Of a DNA stretch of 64,000 nt, positions 42,089 through 54,614 are shown piece by piece; within the stretch, counting starts at the first letter, position 1, and each line of letters begins with the position of its first letter. A program made the translations under genes and the position numbers. Origin of the DNA: Trichoplax adhaerens (Eukaryota; Animalia; Placozoa); the NCBI RefSeq assembly GCF_000150275.1, contig NW_002060943.1, forward strand, positions 5,166,008-5,230,007. The letters are read 5' to 3'. The notes under the pieces were generated by a model. It did not search any database and was not told the origin of the DNA. It was given only the letters and a program-made list of their open reading frames with translations.

Positions 42089-44074
42089 TCAATGTATCTC
42101 GATTACAAGAGTCTAATTGGATGATGAAGTTGGTCTCTAATTGAGTGAATTAAAGACCGTACTGGATAAACTACAGTTATAACTTGAAAGGATTTTAGTT
42201 TTATTTAAAATTATCAACTTGATGTAAACTGGATTCTTTCTATTACCTAGATAACACATTTTATCTTGTTGATCCAATTATTTGTATATGTTGCCTTATC
42301 CATCTGTCCTAGATCGATCGAAGCCTTTTCTTGTACCGACTGTTTCTATTCCTCAATAACGTTTAATAACGTACTATCCAACAACCAATTGGCAATTGAT
42401 GGCCTGTAATCATTTTATCATAAGCATCAATTACGTTAGCTTAAAACACTCATTTGGCTTATAAATATTATCTTGGCAAGATTGAAATTTTGGTTTCTTA
42501 AAATACTAATTTATCATACGACTCTAACGGTTATGAAGTAGATAATGTTAATATGTAGCTAGATTTTGTATAACCCTTCTCAGTCATTGCCGATTAGATC
42601 TATATTATTTAATGTCTGTACTAATTTCTATTTGTTTACAAAAAAAATGAAATTTTTATGTTAACTCTTTTCTCGTTATTAGCGTTACTGCATAATGGCT
42701 GGCCTTAATTAAGTATTAATATAACATTAGAGACTATTGATATTGATACTCATCATCTAACTTGAACTTGTGTCTATGTATCGTAATTATAATGGACGAT
42801 AGCTAGTTGAATCATATTGTGGGGCATTGCTAGAACTCAATTTGAAAGAATATTTTTTATCCTATATCTATTTCTTCTTGTACTGTAATTTACTATCATA
42901 ACTTGGTTAGAGGTTAATTTCGTGTCACTTTTCCTTGGCTATAGCGTTCATCATCGGGCATAAAATATTTAAATGTATTTGGCTATTACTCTAATAGAGG
43001 AAAAATGAAATTAACTTTGCCCTGCATGATTATAGTGAACGTATTTTACCGCATTTAATCGACTGTATAGTATAGGACGACTTACGAATAATTAATTTAT
43101 GTACAAAACTCGAATTTAATGTATATTTACTATCTACAAGTACGATATTGATTACCTATCATTCTCAATTCTGTTAATTGTACTTTCAAATCTACTGTGG
43201 ATGGACTAATATTCTTAGAATAAAGGATACACCTATCGTAATTCGTTCAATATTGTGTGTAAATAATAACTTTCCATCTTTAGAATTCTTCTATAGAAGT
43301 AGAGATTAGGTAGACGACTTTTCGAATTGATTTTATTCAACTTTTACTTCAAAGTTAATCTAGATCAGTTATTTAAATGCGTACTATTTCACTCCAACAG
43401 TTACTCTCCACTCTTTTATGGGTATGCAATAATACGGACTAAAAATAAATAGAATCAGGCAATAATTGTAGGCGATCTATGATATACACGAATACGTTAT
43501 GGCGGCTCTTGAATACGGCAGAAAAACTGCAGTGAGGTCAGCATTTATTAAAACGGTTTCAAAGAGTTGTAGCTATCGGATATTTTGGATCTCGTTGTTA
43601 AGAAGAGATGGCTATATGATGGATCCGCAATATCTATTTACTTATACATAGTCAATAATTCATCATGATAGACAATTTACGATATAGACGAGTACAACAT
43701 GGGCCCATTATTATTGATTAATTATATCTCACTATGATACAAAATTCGGCAACATATCATACTCCATGTTGCGGAATTTTATACCATAGTGAATTATGAA
43801 TGCGGTAGAAAGACTTTGGTTAGGCTGTAGTATACCTTTCTAAATACAGCATAGTCTTGTTGTGTATTCAGTAAAGAAGCAGCTGGATTAAGCAAAAAGT
43901 AATCTCATAGTATATCACAAGTACAGCAGGCAATATCTTAGCATATAATAGCATGCCAAAAGAAAGCCTATAATTCACTACAGTACACTATAAGTCTATT
44001 TTAAGTAAAAGTTCATTTTAGTAGCTAATATCATCAAGTCCGAGTATCAAGTTACACTACTTTACTCAGGTGTT

Positions 44075-46460
44075 GCACAAATTCGAATTTCTACAGGTAG
44101 TTATGAATACTTTTATAATATTAGGGGCTAAAAGTCCTGACAGACAAATTTCTTTCCAACCTAGGCCGCATTCTCTATAGTCGATATCGTCGAGTTTGTG
44201 TCTGAAGCGATTTATTACTCTGCTCGGATATTGTACGGTGTGAGCCAGTTCTCTTTAGAGTGCTATTAGGCAAAATAATTTGTAGTAAAGTTGTAAAATT
44301 TGCCTTAAATTCTATACATACAGATAGATGAAGTTATTCAGCTTTATATTCGTATAATTCTTATTACATTTTGATTCACACTCGTGATTTTAGGATACCT
44401 TAAAGTACTCTGATTCGAACTGGTTCACATTGTACAGATTTGAATTTGTATAGGTAGTTATTGTTATGTATGTAAGAATACAGTGACTTGTTGTACTGCA
44501 CCTAACGTGTTAGCATAAGATAAGGTAATGAATTACTAAGATAAGGGTATAATACGCCATTACAGCTATACTATTTAAATGCAGTAAATCCTAAATAAAA
44601 GGACTTTTTCAGTAAGCTTACTAGTAGGAGTGTATCAAAGTTCCTCGTGTTAACGTTAACGACTAAGAGTGGAAACACAACGGTTATGAATACTTTTGAT
44701 AATATAAGTATTAGGGGTTAAAAATTTCGCTGTCAAATTTCTTGTACTTGCTTCGGAATACTTTGAAACCTCGATTGCATTCTTAATTATAAATACTTTG
44801 ATAATACGAGTATTAGGGGTTAAAATTCCACTGCCAAATTTCTTCTACTTGCTTTGGAATATTTTGAAACCTCGATTGCATTCCTAGTTATAAATACTTT
44901 AATAATACGAGTATTAATATTGTACAAATTTGAATTTCCACATGCTCTTAGTCTGCTGTACTCGTTAACCAAGCTCTTTCCATATCCTCCTTCAATAAAG
45001 GATACAAATAAAAGACATTATCATCACTAAATCTTGTGCATCCTTTATGTGCCTACCACTTGACAACATTACAGTGTAGTTACTAATATTGTAAAGATTA
45101 GGGTTCAAATTCACGGCTGAGTGCGCTAAATATCTTCTAGGGTATCTGCTACTAGCTAGAAAGTTTTTACTGCATTCTCGACAGCCAAGACTATATTGCA
45201 CAGATTTTGAATTTCTACAGGAAGTTATAAATAAATACTTTTGTAATGTTAGGGGCTACAACTCCCGGCAGCCAAATTTCTGCTACTTGCTTTGAAACCT
45301 TGTCTGCACTTCTCTACAGTCTACTGTCGAGTCTGAGTATGAAGTAATTTCATTGCACTACTCGAATATAAGCTATAGTACAGATTCCAATTTCTACAGG
45401 GAGTTATAAATACTTTTTTAATGTTAGGGGCTAAAACTCTCAGCTGCCAAATTTCTTCTACTTACTTTGAAACCTTGTCTGCACTTCTCTACAGTCTACC
45501 GTCGAGTCTGAGTATGAAGTGATTGATTTACTGTACTACTCGAATATAAGCTATAGCATAAATTTGAATTTCTTCGGGTAGTTATAAATACTTTTGTAAT
45601 GTTAGGAGCTACAACTCTCGGCTACCAAATTTCTTCTACTTGCTTTGAAATCTTGACTCCACTTCTCTACAGTCTACCGTCGAGTTTGAGTATGAAGTGA
45701 TTTCATTGCACTACTCGAATATAAGTTATAGCACAGATTCCAATTTCTACCGGGAGTTATAAATACTTTTGTAATGTTAGGAGCTACAACTCTCGACTGC
45801 TAAATTTCTTCTACTTGCTTTGAAATCTTGAGCACTTCTCTACAGTCTACCGTGGAGTTTGAGTATGGAGTGATTTCATTGCACTACTCGAATATAAGTT
45901 ATAGCACAGATTCCAATTTCTACCGGGAGTTATAAATACTTTTGTAATGTTAGGGGCTAAAAACTCTCGACTGCTGAATTTCTTCTACTTGCTTTGAAAT
46001 CTTGACTCCACTTCTCTACAACCTATCGTCGGGTTTGAGTATGGAGTGATTTCATTGCACTACTCGAATATAAGCTATAGCATAGATTCCAATTTCTACA
46101 GGTAGTTATAGTTATAAACTTCTGTAACGTTGTTAGGGGCTAAAATTCTCGACTGCTGAATTTCTTCTACTTGCTTTGAAATCTTGACTCCACTTCTTTC
46201 CAGTCTACCGTCGAGTCTGAGTATGGAGTGTTTCATTGTACTTCTCGAATATAGCACAGATTCGAATTTCTACGGGTAGTTATAAATACTTTTGTAATAT
46301 TAGGGGCTATAACTTCCGGCTACCAGATTACTTTTGCTTGCTTTGATTCTCTATAGTCAATATTGCACAGATCTGAATTTCTACAGGTGCAGTTACTATA
46401 AAACTATAAAATATTCGGGATTAAAACTGGCGGCTAAATTTTTATTTCACTTGCTTTGAA
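44075..46460. repeat. About 175-180 bp tandem satellite (6-7 good copies at 45198-46400, degenerate copies upstream)
   Basis: Unit GCACAGATTCCAATTTCTAC.GG.AGTTATAAATACTTTTGTAATGTTAGGGGCTA..CTACTTGCTTTGAAA..CACTTCTCTACAGTCTACCGTCGAGT.TGAGTATG..CTACTCGAATATAAGCTATA, starting at about 45198, 45377, 45556, 45731, 45904, 46080 and 46254. Confidence 0.93.
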
Positions 46461-47358
46461 GCCTTTATTATTACGCAATTTTCAACAGTTAGTACTATAA
46501 AGTTTGTATAAGAAGAAGGCATTGAATACACATACAAGTGATGGTTTTTTATACACTTTCAGTTCTCCAACGAGAAGCTAAAACTCTCCAATTTGGAAAA
46601 CGCTCGGCTATGTGCGCCATTTTCGTCTAGCGCTTTGCTAGGCGTCATTTTACCCAACTCTATATTGTTGGTAGTACCAGTACTGAAGAGCTAGATCTGG
46701 CTATATGCTATACACCACGATACAACGATCGGTAAGCAAGCTATACAGTACTGTATCGACTGTGTGGTAGTATCAGTATGGTAGGTATCCTACTATACCA
46801 AGCTGTCGTGAGCCGAGGTCAGAGGAAAATTCCTGTATGATAATACATTTGTAGGTTGTTATTTTCTCTATAGTTTACTATACAAACCAGTCAAGCGTGT
46901 CAGTATCAAGATAGTATTGCAATTTCGTTATGCCTGGCTAAGCTAACTTGAGCTGTAGGTTAGTTTACTTTGCAATTTGATGATTTCTAACGCTAGATTC
47001 CGCTTTATATCGTTGAAACTTTGCTATTAGTTCATTTAATTAGAGTAGAAAGTGACTATATTATTCAATGGTTGTTTCCTGTGTTTAAACTACGTGTAAA
47101 ATTGAGTTTTTTGTTGGCGTATCGATTGGTCGGCACTCAAGGGAAAAGCCATGACAGGATTATTTTAAGAAGAATCAATCCATCGGACTGGTAGACAAAT
47201 TGGATTGGATTGGATTGCTATGAAATGTCTCTTCACTACTTGACGAATTGGAGTGGATATAACGCTGGAGTTATCAAAGTATAGAGACAATTTAAGCAAT
47301 AGCAATAGTCGGCAGAAGTACTGGCTATTTCATTACTGTCAAGCATAAAATCAAGGTT

Positions 47359-50300
47359 ATGTCAGATTTTGGCCACTGCACGATCAACATGTCGCAATAT
47401 AGTAAAAGTAGAAATATCAGTCAGTGTGTTATTGCAAGACGAAACGGTTTATTCAATCAACATGACCGCCATGCAATGGATCAATATGCGGAAGATTACG
47501 CTGCTCAATTCACTACTCATAAGGTAACGCTATGGATAACGACGATGCTTAATACTACTCTAGCTCAGCTTGAAGTGACGTCAGTTTTCTTCCCTGCTGA
47601 TGTTGATGTTTCATAATTTTCCTACAAAAAGGCAATCGCTTTCGATAGTGAAATGGCATTGATTCGTGTCATTTAGTGCAAAGGAATTCATGCAATTGAA
47701 TATCGAGTCCATTTGACAATAAGCTACACAGTATTTTTCATTACAACAGCTAATTCTTGTCCAAACGTATGCATCTATTGAATGAAGTGGTATGATCAAC
47801 GTACTATAGCACGCAAGGATTAGCCATTTAACGACGATATGTTGTTAATATCGAGCACATCGGACAATATGTTACATGCACAGTATTTTTCATTACAACG
47901 GCCATGTACTTACGATCTAGTATGGTACTGACTTGAAGTGATGATTGCATCTCACAGTCGAAACATTTTTGTTGGATAATTGGTAATAGTATGTAAATAT
48001 GGACGTATAGAGCTATAGATTTACAATTCTTTCGTACAATAGAACTTTTAAAAACTCTCCCTGTCGAGCGTTGATTCCTATTTCATGATTGAAATGAGCT
48101 ACGGCAGACTGCAGTGATGGAGGCGTATGTACAATTGTACATTGTAGATTTGCCAACTGTAAATTCAGCTTGCACACTAAAATTTCCTGCTTTAACATAC
48201 TCTATACAATAGTCGCTAGCAAATTGCTGTAATATAGGATTTTTTATTCCATTGCTGTTTACATTGCCAATGAAATTAGATGCGTCTAAATGCTTTGATA
48301 ATTAATTTACAATTTATGCCTAAATACAGTATCTAGGATAATCAAGCTCTTACTCCATGAAGTTTTAATACGATTCTGCTAAATAATTCATTCTATAGCT
48401 CACTACTGAGGTATACTTTCGAATCATTGTCACCATACCGAAAATATAGACGCGCAGGGAGTTAATCTATTTTGCAGCTATACCATATACGAGTAATCGT
48501 ATTGCATTAATATGTGGATCAATCATACTTTGCATAAATACCTTAAATTATTACAAAATGATAGATTACAGGCATTGACACTATAATTACAGTATATTGA
48601 GTCGAAATGACGATAAATAGGAAATGTGATAAGGAGATCTTTGTTAGTAAGCTTGGAATGGAACCTCTGTAAAAGGTCTAGAGTGCCTTCGTAATGATAT
48701 ATTTGACAAGTATGAAAAATACTACACTTGCGCCCTTGATATAAAACTAGACCTGAAAACTTCCAACAGTTTATTGCTTGCTTTAATCATAACGATGTAA
48801 AACTAATAATAGTACGTCTAATGCGTTGATAACAATATTTGTTGAGGTATTTTAAACACGACAGTCTTCCTTAGAAGCCTATCGATTTATTACCTTCTTT
48901 ATGTTGAATAAATTATGATACTATTGACAGTTTTTGATGTAGTGCTTCATATTTTATACGTTCCATATATTGGTTTAGGTAGCAAAATCTTTCATCTTGT
49001 ATGAATGTTATCTACGTGTATCTAAACATTTGACTATCGTTTCGTTATTAATTAATTATGTATAATGATTGAACTATTGATCATTGGATTAATTTAGAGC
49101 TGTGATCTTCCTGATACCTTGCGCACTACTTTCGTCATAGCATTCAGCTGCAACAAGTAAGTAAGAACAAATATTTTGAAATAAGCAATCTTAACTATTA
49201 TTTGAAATTGCCCTATATTACATAAGTAATTAACTCAGTCTAAAATGATGGTACTATACTGCTAAATATTGCTCTATATAGAGTAGAGCTAGTATCAATG
49301 ATTTATGATTGATTGCAAAGTTATCACAGAAAAATGTCGTAAGTTGTATAGCGAATTTAAAGAACAAAACTTAGCGACTTTATAATTGTACAATAATTTA
49401 ATTTGAACTTAGCCAGTGGATAGCATCAGCTCATGGAGACCATACAATAAGGATATGCGATATTCATACCGGCCAGTGCTTTCAAACGCTTTCAGGTCAT
49501 CCTAGAACACCATGGACCCTGGCCTGGCATCCTAAAATGAAACACGTTTTGGCATCTGGTTGCTTAGGTGGTCAAATTCGTGTGTGGAATTTACAGGTGG
49601 GGTATAAGCAATGATTGACTAATCATTTATTAATAGTCAAGGCAGTTGTTATTTCAGCTATATCCATTAAGTATGTATATATATACAATATTTAACTTAG
49701 TTTGGTATTATGCTAAAATAATATCAGTGGCAGTATTTGGTCTTATCCTAACTAATTTGCGTCGAGATACAATACGCGTATTTCTTGCAAATTGGACAAT
49801 TCCAAATTTTTATATTCTCCGAATGCATATAAATCCCTTATTGTGTCATTAATTTATCATGTCTAAGTAATGCTTTATTTAATTTAATCCATGTTTAAAC
49901 AATTAGGGTGGCAGCGAAACGTATTGTGTTGAGAATTCTGCCGTGATCAATTCGATTGCCTTCAGCCCTAAAGCAGCTTATACACTATTTATTACAACTG
50001 GCAATAAGCTGATGTTGTGGGATTGGCGAGAACCGGCTCCATGCATTTCCGTAGGTACTGCAAATCCAATCGAAAAAATTAGGTAATTAGTTTTTGGTTA
50101 GATGCAGTTTAAAAAAGTGCATTGTAACATATATTGTGATGATAAAATATCTTTATTATAATGAAATAGTTACCCAATGTTTGCATCTCGTGCTGATATT
50201 TTGCTTATTTACTTTCATTGATTAGCAGATTGTTCTGAATCCATATCCTGTGATTTAAGCATCTGCCTCTTGTTTTTTATTTCAATAAAGGTTAATCAAG

Positions 50301-51967
50301 TTTCATCAAAGTGGAGATTTTTTATTATCAGCCATTACAAATGTTCCTATGGGCGATTTGAAACAAAAATCGCAGGTTGATCAATATTGTCATAAGCATT
50401 ATTTTAGCGCATTAAAGAATTTTCATAACATCAGTTTAATTTTTTTAACTCGCTACTTTTGCAATTATACGTATACTATATAGATTTCGAGCTATGAGCG
50501 TACTGGGCATCAGACAGCTGATATTTTACATGGGAATACTTCTACCTCGTATGACAATTCTGCAGAGCTTGGTAGGGTCAGGGAGGATAATTCGTTTCCA
50601 TCCCAGACAGTCGGTCAAGGAAGTGAACGTTACTTACGTATACTTAACGACCGTGCTGATGGGGATAACTCAGAGGAAATAATTGTGTCTGCGGTTACGA
50701 TATCTACAGCTTCAACCGAGACACCTAGGACTGTACCGGATACACCTACTGTATCATCAGACTTAGGTGGTGCAGGACAAAGAGAGGAAGGAGCTATCAG
50801 AGAAGTCGATTCCAGTGTAACACATATGGTTAATGCTGGAGGTAACGTCTTCCACTTTAGCGTAGGTGCATCGAATGGACCAGTTGATCAAGTGCCCATT
50901 ATAACGGCTAGAATTAAGCTCAAAAAGGTAACCAGTAGACTACAATGGTGGGATATTAGTTCTGGATGTTTACCAGACTTGAAAGCAGGTATTTCAATGA
51001 AATATTATTTTGTAAATTTCAACGACTATAATCATTTAAATTGGATCGTTTATGATTTTACTTTAGCGGAAAGATGTATAATCCTTCGTAATGCAATAAT
51101 TCATAACGATATGAGCTGTTCAATTACCAAAGATAGTAGTCTTTTGGCAGCGTTCATTCAGGAAAGAAGTAATTCCCGTCAGGACATCTCCTTAATATTG
51201 ATCTCAGTACATTCATCATCTATGGGACAATGCTTGTTTAAGCAATCATTAGGTAATTGTCTCAGTGATCGATAATACAATACTAAATACGCTAACTTCG
51301 TATTTGTTGATATCTAATAGTAACATAATGTCTATTAATTTTGTTAATTGTGTATAGGTCCAAATATTATGTCTGTCAGTTTTTCACCGTTAGATCGTTA
51401 TATTATCGCGGGATTTTCATGTTATCGACCTCAGCGACATACCTTTAATGATTTGGTAAGTTGGACAGTAACTATTCCATAGAGTCTATTTCAATTATTA
51501 TATTGATGGTTTATATGCGAATCCTTTATAAATTCTGCCCTAGCCTGCCGCATCTATCTACAGAATTTGCAGAAACGAGCGTAAAAGCTCTGATTCTCCT
51601 GACTCTATACCTCCATATGAGATAGGCTTGGAAGTTAGTATTGATATCGCTTGCAGTTATTGTTAAATTATAATAATATTACTGCTAGTACAAAGAAATA
51701 ACACAGTTTTATAAAATATAGCTGTTAAAAATGTTGAATATCTATAGCTGATCTATAATACTGATTGTTTATCATTAATTTATAATTATTAGTAACAAAT
51801 GTATGAATATACGTATTTTTATCTAGTTTGTTCGCGATATAGATCACTATGCATACAGGAGTAGTATTGAGAATGTAAGCACTAATATTGCGTGCTGGCT
51901 TCCGGAAATTGGTTCTGGAGTGGTCTATGGTACCAATAGAGGGCATGTGATTATTTCTCATACATGA
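47359..51967 (+). CDS. AMBRA1: AMBRA1 (split WD40 DCAF; autophagy regulator), 10 coding exons, about 560 aa
   Basis: CDLPDTLRTTFVIAFS, IASAHGDHTIRI, LSGHPRTPWTLAWHP, LASGCLGGQIRVWNLQGGSE, WDWREP..EKIRLIKF, SRLQWWD, IIHNDMSCSITKD, LGPNIMSVSFSP and GVVYGTNRG match the AMBRA1 N- and C-terminal propeller halves. The start could be the second ATG (MSQYSK). Confidence 0.9.
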
Positions 51968-53440
51968 TGAATATTGTATCTATAGGTGCTACTATAAATA
52001 ATGGTAGTTAAGATATGATGATATGAACATTATTTATTAGCGTATTGATACTGTAGATGCAAGTGTAGATGATAATGTGCCTCTTTGACGGCTTGTATGA
52101 GATAGCTTGAGAACGATGAGTCTTGAATAGCGTAAGCTATATTTAACATTGTATTAATAAAACGTTGGTTGTATAGATGCGATGTACTGTATATACAACT
52201 TCTGTATATACTTTCTATGTGGACATGTCCATTGTACAGTAAAACTAGTATTTGTACGTGTTGTTCATAGCTTTTAAAAAAGTTGCCAGTGTATGAGTAT
52301 TTTTTTTGCAATGACTACACACACGTCTAATCTGCCGTATTAGCATATCAATATGGATGCCATGGATTGATTGTAATTAATTATACAGTATATATCTATA
52401 AATTATTTATATTTTGCAATAGTATTGTCGAAGTTCATATTGATAAATAGCTGACGTACAGTATAGTGGATTATACGTCGAAGATTTCTATTTACTGTCA
52501 ATCAAGTTAATCTTGCCCCATGAAGATGGATTGTGTCGTATCTGTGTGTGTTTATATTGTATTCGTATAATTGTTATTGCTCAGAAATACAGTATGTATA
52601 AAATACATGTCATTGGTGTCGTTTTTTGAGGGTCATTAAGATCCGTGAAATTTCCGTTTTTTATTGCGCAATGTAGTCTAAAAAATGGACTAGAATCCAT
52701 AAAAGGGATTGCAAACTATTCTGATCTGTGAATATGAATGTAGGAATAATTCATGTTTGCTCTGCGGTAGTATCGTATGAATGTACTGTACTACTACAGT
52801 AGTTCTAAACTGGGTGATGTCATTGTTTTTCACTTTATCCATTCCTGTCCTGCATGACGGACTTGCAGATCTTCAGAGATCTACGTATGTACAAGTCTAT
52901 GCCTACAGTACATGCATGTGAAGTTGGCGTCTCTGGAAATTTCCATCAATATACATGTATAAACAAACAACAACTTGTCTATTTTAAACTGTTCGGTACT
53001 CGTTTCAGTATGTTTACATGCAGTACTACATGTCTTTTTTCCTGTCATTGACCATATTTATCCTGGATCTACACTCTACGCATCGATTGCTTTCACATAG
53101 TCCGAGGATTTGATTTTTAGAATGCAATGCAGCAGCAGCTGACGACGAGTGACCAGTCACTGACGACCCTGATAGTACGACAGTACAATCGGATTATATG
53201 GAGCACTATGCTGCAGCCGCTTGCTGTACAGTACAAATCACTCTGGGAGGACTGCATTCCGCTATACTGTACTGTACAGTACAGTGTACAGTACCGCAAA
53301 GTACAGTATTTTGTTAGGAGTACTGTAGGCCTACAGTACTGTGTACTGCAGGCCTTTGGCTTGAGTACTGAAGCTAGATGAAGAGGTCGAACGAGCGGAG
53401 GGCACGTGGTCGCTTTGGAATACTGACGCGTTCGCGCTTG

Positions 53441-54260
53441 CTATTTTCGGCATGCCTGTTGACTAGTCAGTCAATGCTGTAGTAACACGAGTCAAGATTC
53501 TCGCTTTGACAGTACTGTAGTCTACTGGAAAAAGAAATGGACAGCACGGACACAGTGGTTAGTTATCTGTGCCAAATTTGATAGACCGATTCTTTTTGCA
53601 GTCAGAATGTACAGTACAGCGTACGCTTCCTATTTTCGGTAAGCCTGTTGACTAGTCAGTCAGTGCTGTAGTAACACGAGTCAAGATTCTCGCTTTGACA
53701 GTACTGTACAGACTGTAGTCTACTGGAAAAGAAACGGAAAGGACGGACGCAGTGATTCGTTCGCTGGGCCAAATTTGATAGACCGATTGTTTTTGCAGTC
53801 AGAATGTACAATATGGACTGTACAGTACAGTGTACAGTGTACAGTGTACGCTTCCTATTTTCGGTATGCCTGTTGACTAGTCAGTGGGGTAGTAACACGA
53901 GTGCGTAGATCACTTGTAACCGGTTAAGTGCCCCATACGTAAACACAAGTCAAGATTCTCGCTTTGATAGTACTGTAGTCTACTGGAAAAAGAAACAGAC
54001 AGCACGGACACAGTGGTTAGTTTGCTGTGCCAAATTTGATAGACCGATTCTTTTTGCAGTCAGAATGTGCAATATGGACTGTAAAGTACAGTGTACGCTT
54101 CCTATTTTCGCTATGCCTGTTCACACTAGTCAGTGCTGTAGTAACACGAGTCAAAATTCTCACTTTGACAGTACTGTAGTCTACTGGAAAAAGAAACGGA
54201 CGAGACGGACACAGTGATTCGTTCGCTACCGATTCTTTTTGCAGTCAGAATGTACAATCT
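53441..54260. repeat. Tandem array of 4 x about 190-245 bp units upstream of AP2A
   Basis: CTATTTTCGG.ATGCCTGTTGACTAGTCAG..GTAGTAACACGAGTCAAGATTCTCGCTTTGACAGTACTGTAGTCTACTGGAAAAAGAAA..ACCGATTCTTTTTGCAGTCAGAATGT at about 53441, 53630, 53855 and 54102. Confidence 0.93.
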
Positions 54261-54274
54261 GAGCTGCACAGTGT

Positions 54275-54430
54275 CCTACAGTACAGTGTACTGTATTACA
54301 CAGTGTACTGTACTGTAGTCCAGAACAAAAACTGTTGGCCCATACTGTACAGTACAGTACTGTACAGTACAGCTACAGTATGGTGTCTTACAGTACTATG
54401 TACAGTGCTCTACAGTGTACTGTAGTCATC
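54275..54430. promoter_or_regulatory. Dense TACAGTA/TACTGTA motif cluster upstream of the AP2A start
   Basis: Runs such as ACAGTACAGTGTACTGTA and TACTGTACAGTACAGTACTGTACAGTACAG, about 190-340 bp before the ATG. Confidence 0.5.
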
Positions 54431-54614
54431 CATCTTGCGCCAGCCTACGCCTGGTGGTTGCTGACTTTTCCGCCTGCGAGAGGTGCCATTACTAAATTGT
54501 GCAGGATCAACGTTAGTCCTCCACTGTTAATCTTTTCTTCACTCTCAACTTGAGCAAACGATTCATTCTCTTCAACAAGATCGAGAAAAAGATTGATAAT
54601 CTTCCTTTCTCAAA

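Noticed and set aside
53117-54553. ORFs 53117-53299, 53127-53381 and 54335-54553 (VQYSTVQYS-like)
   Set aside because: They are translations of TACAGTA/TACTGTA low-complexity DNA with no protein similarity.
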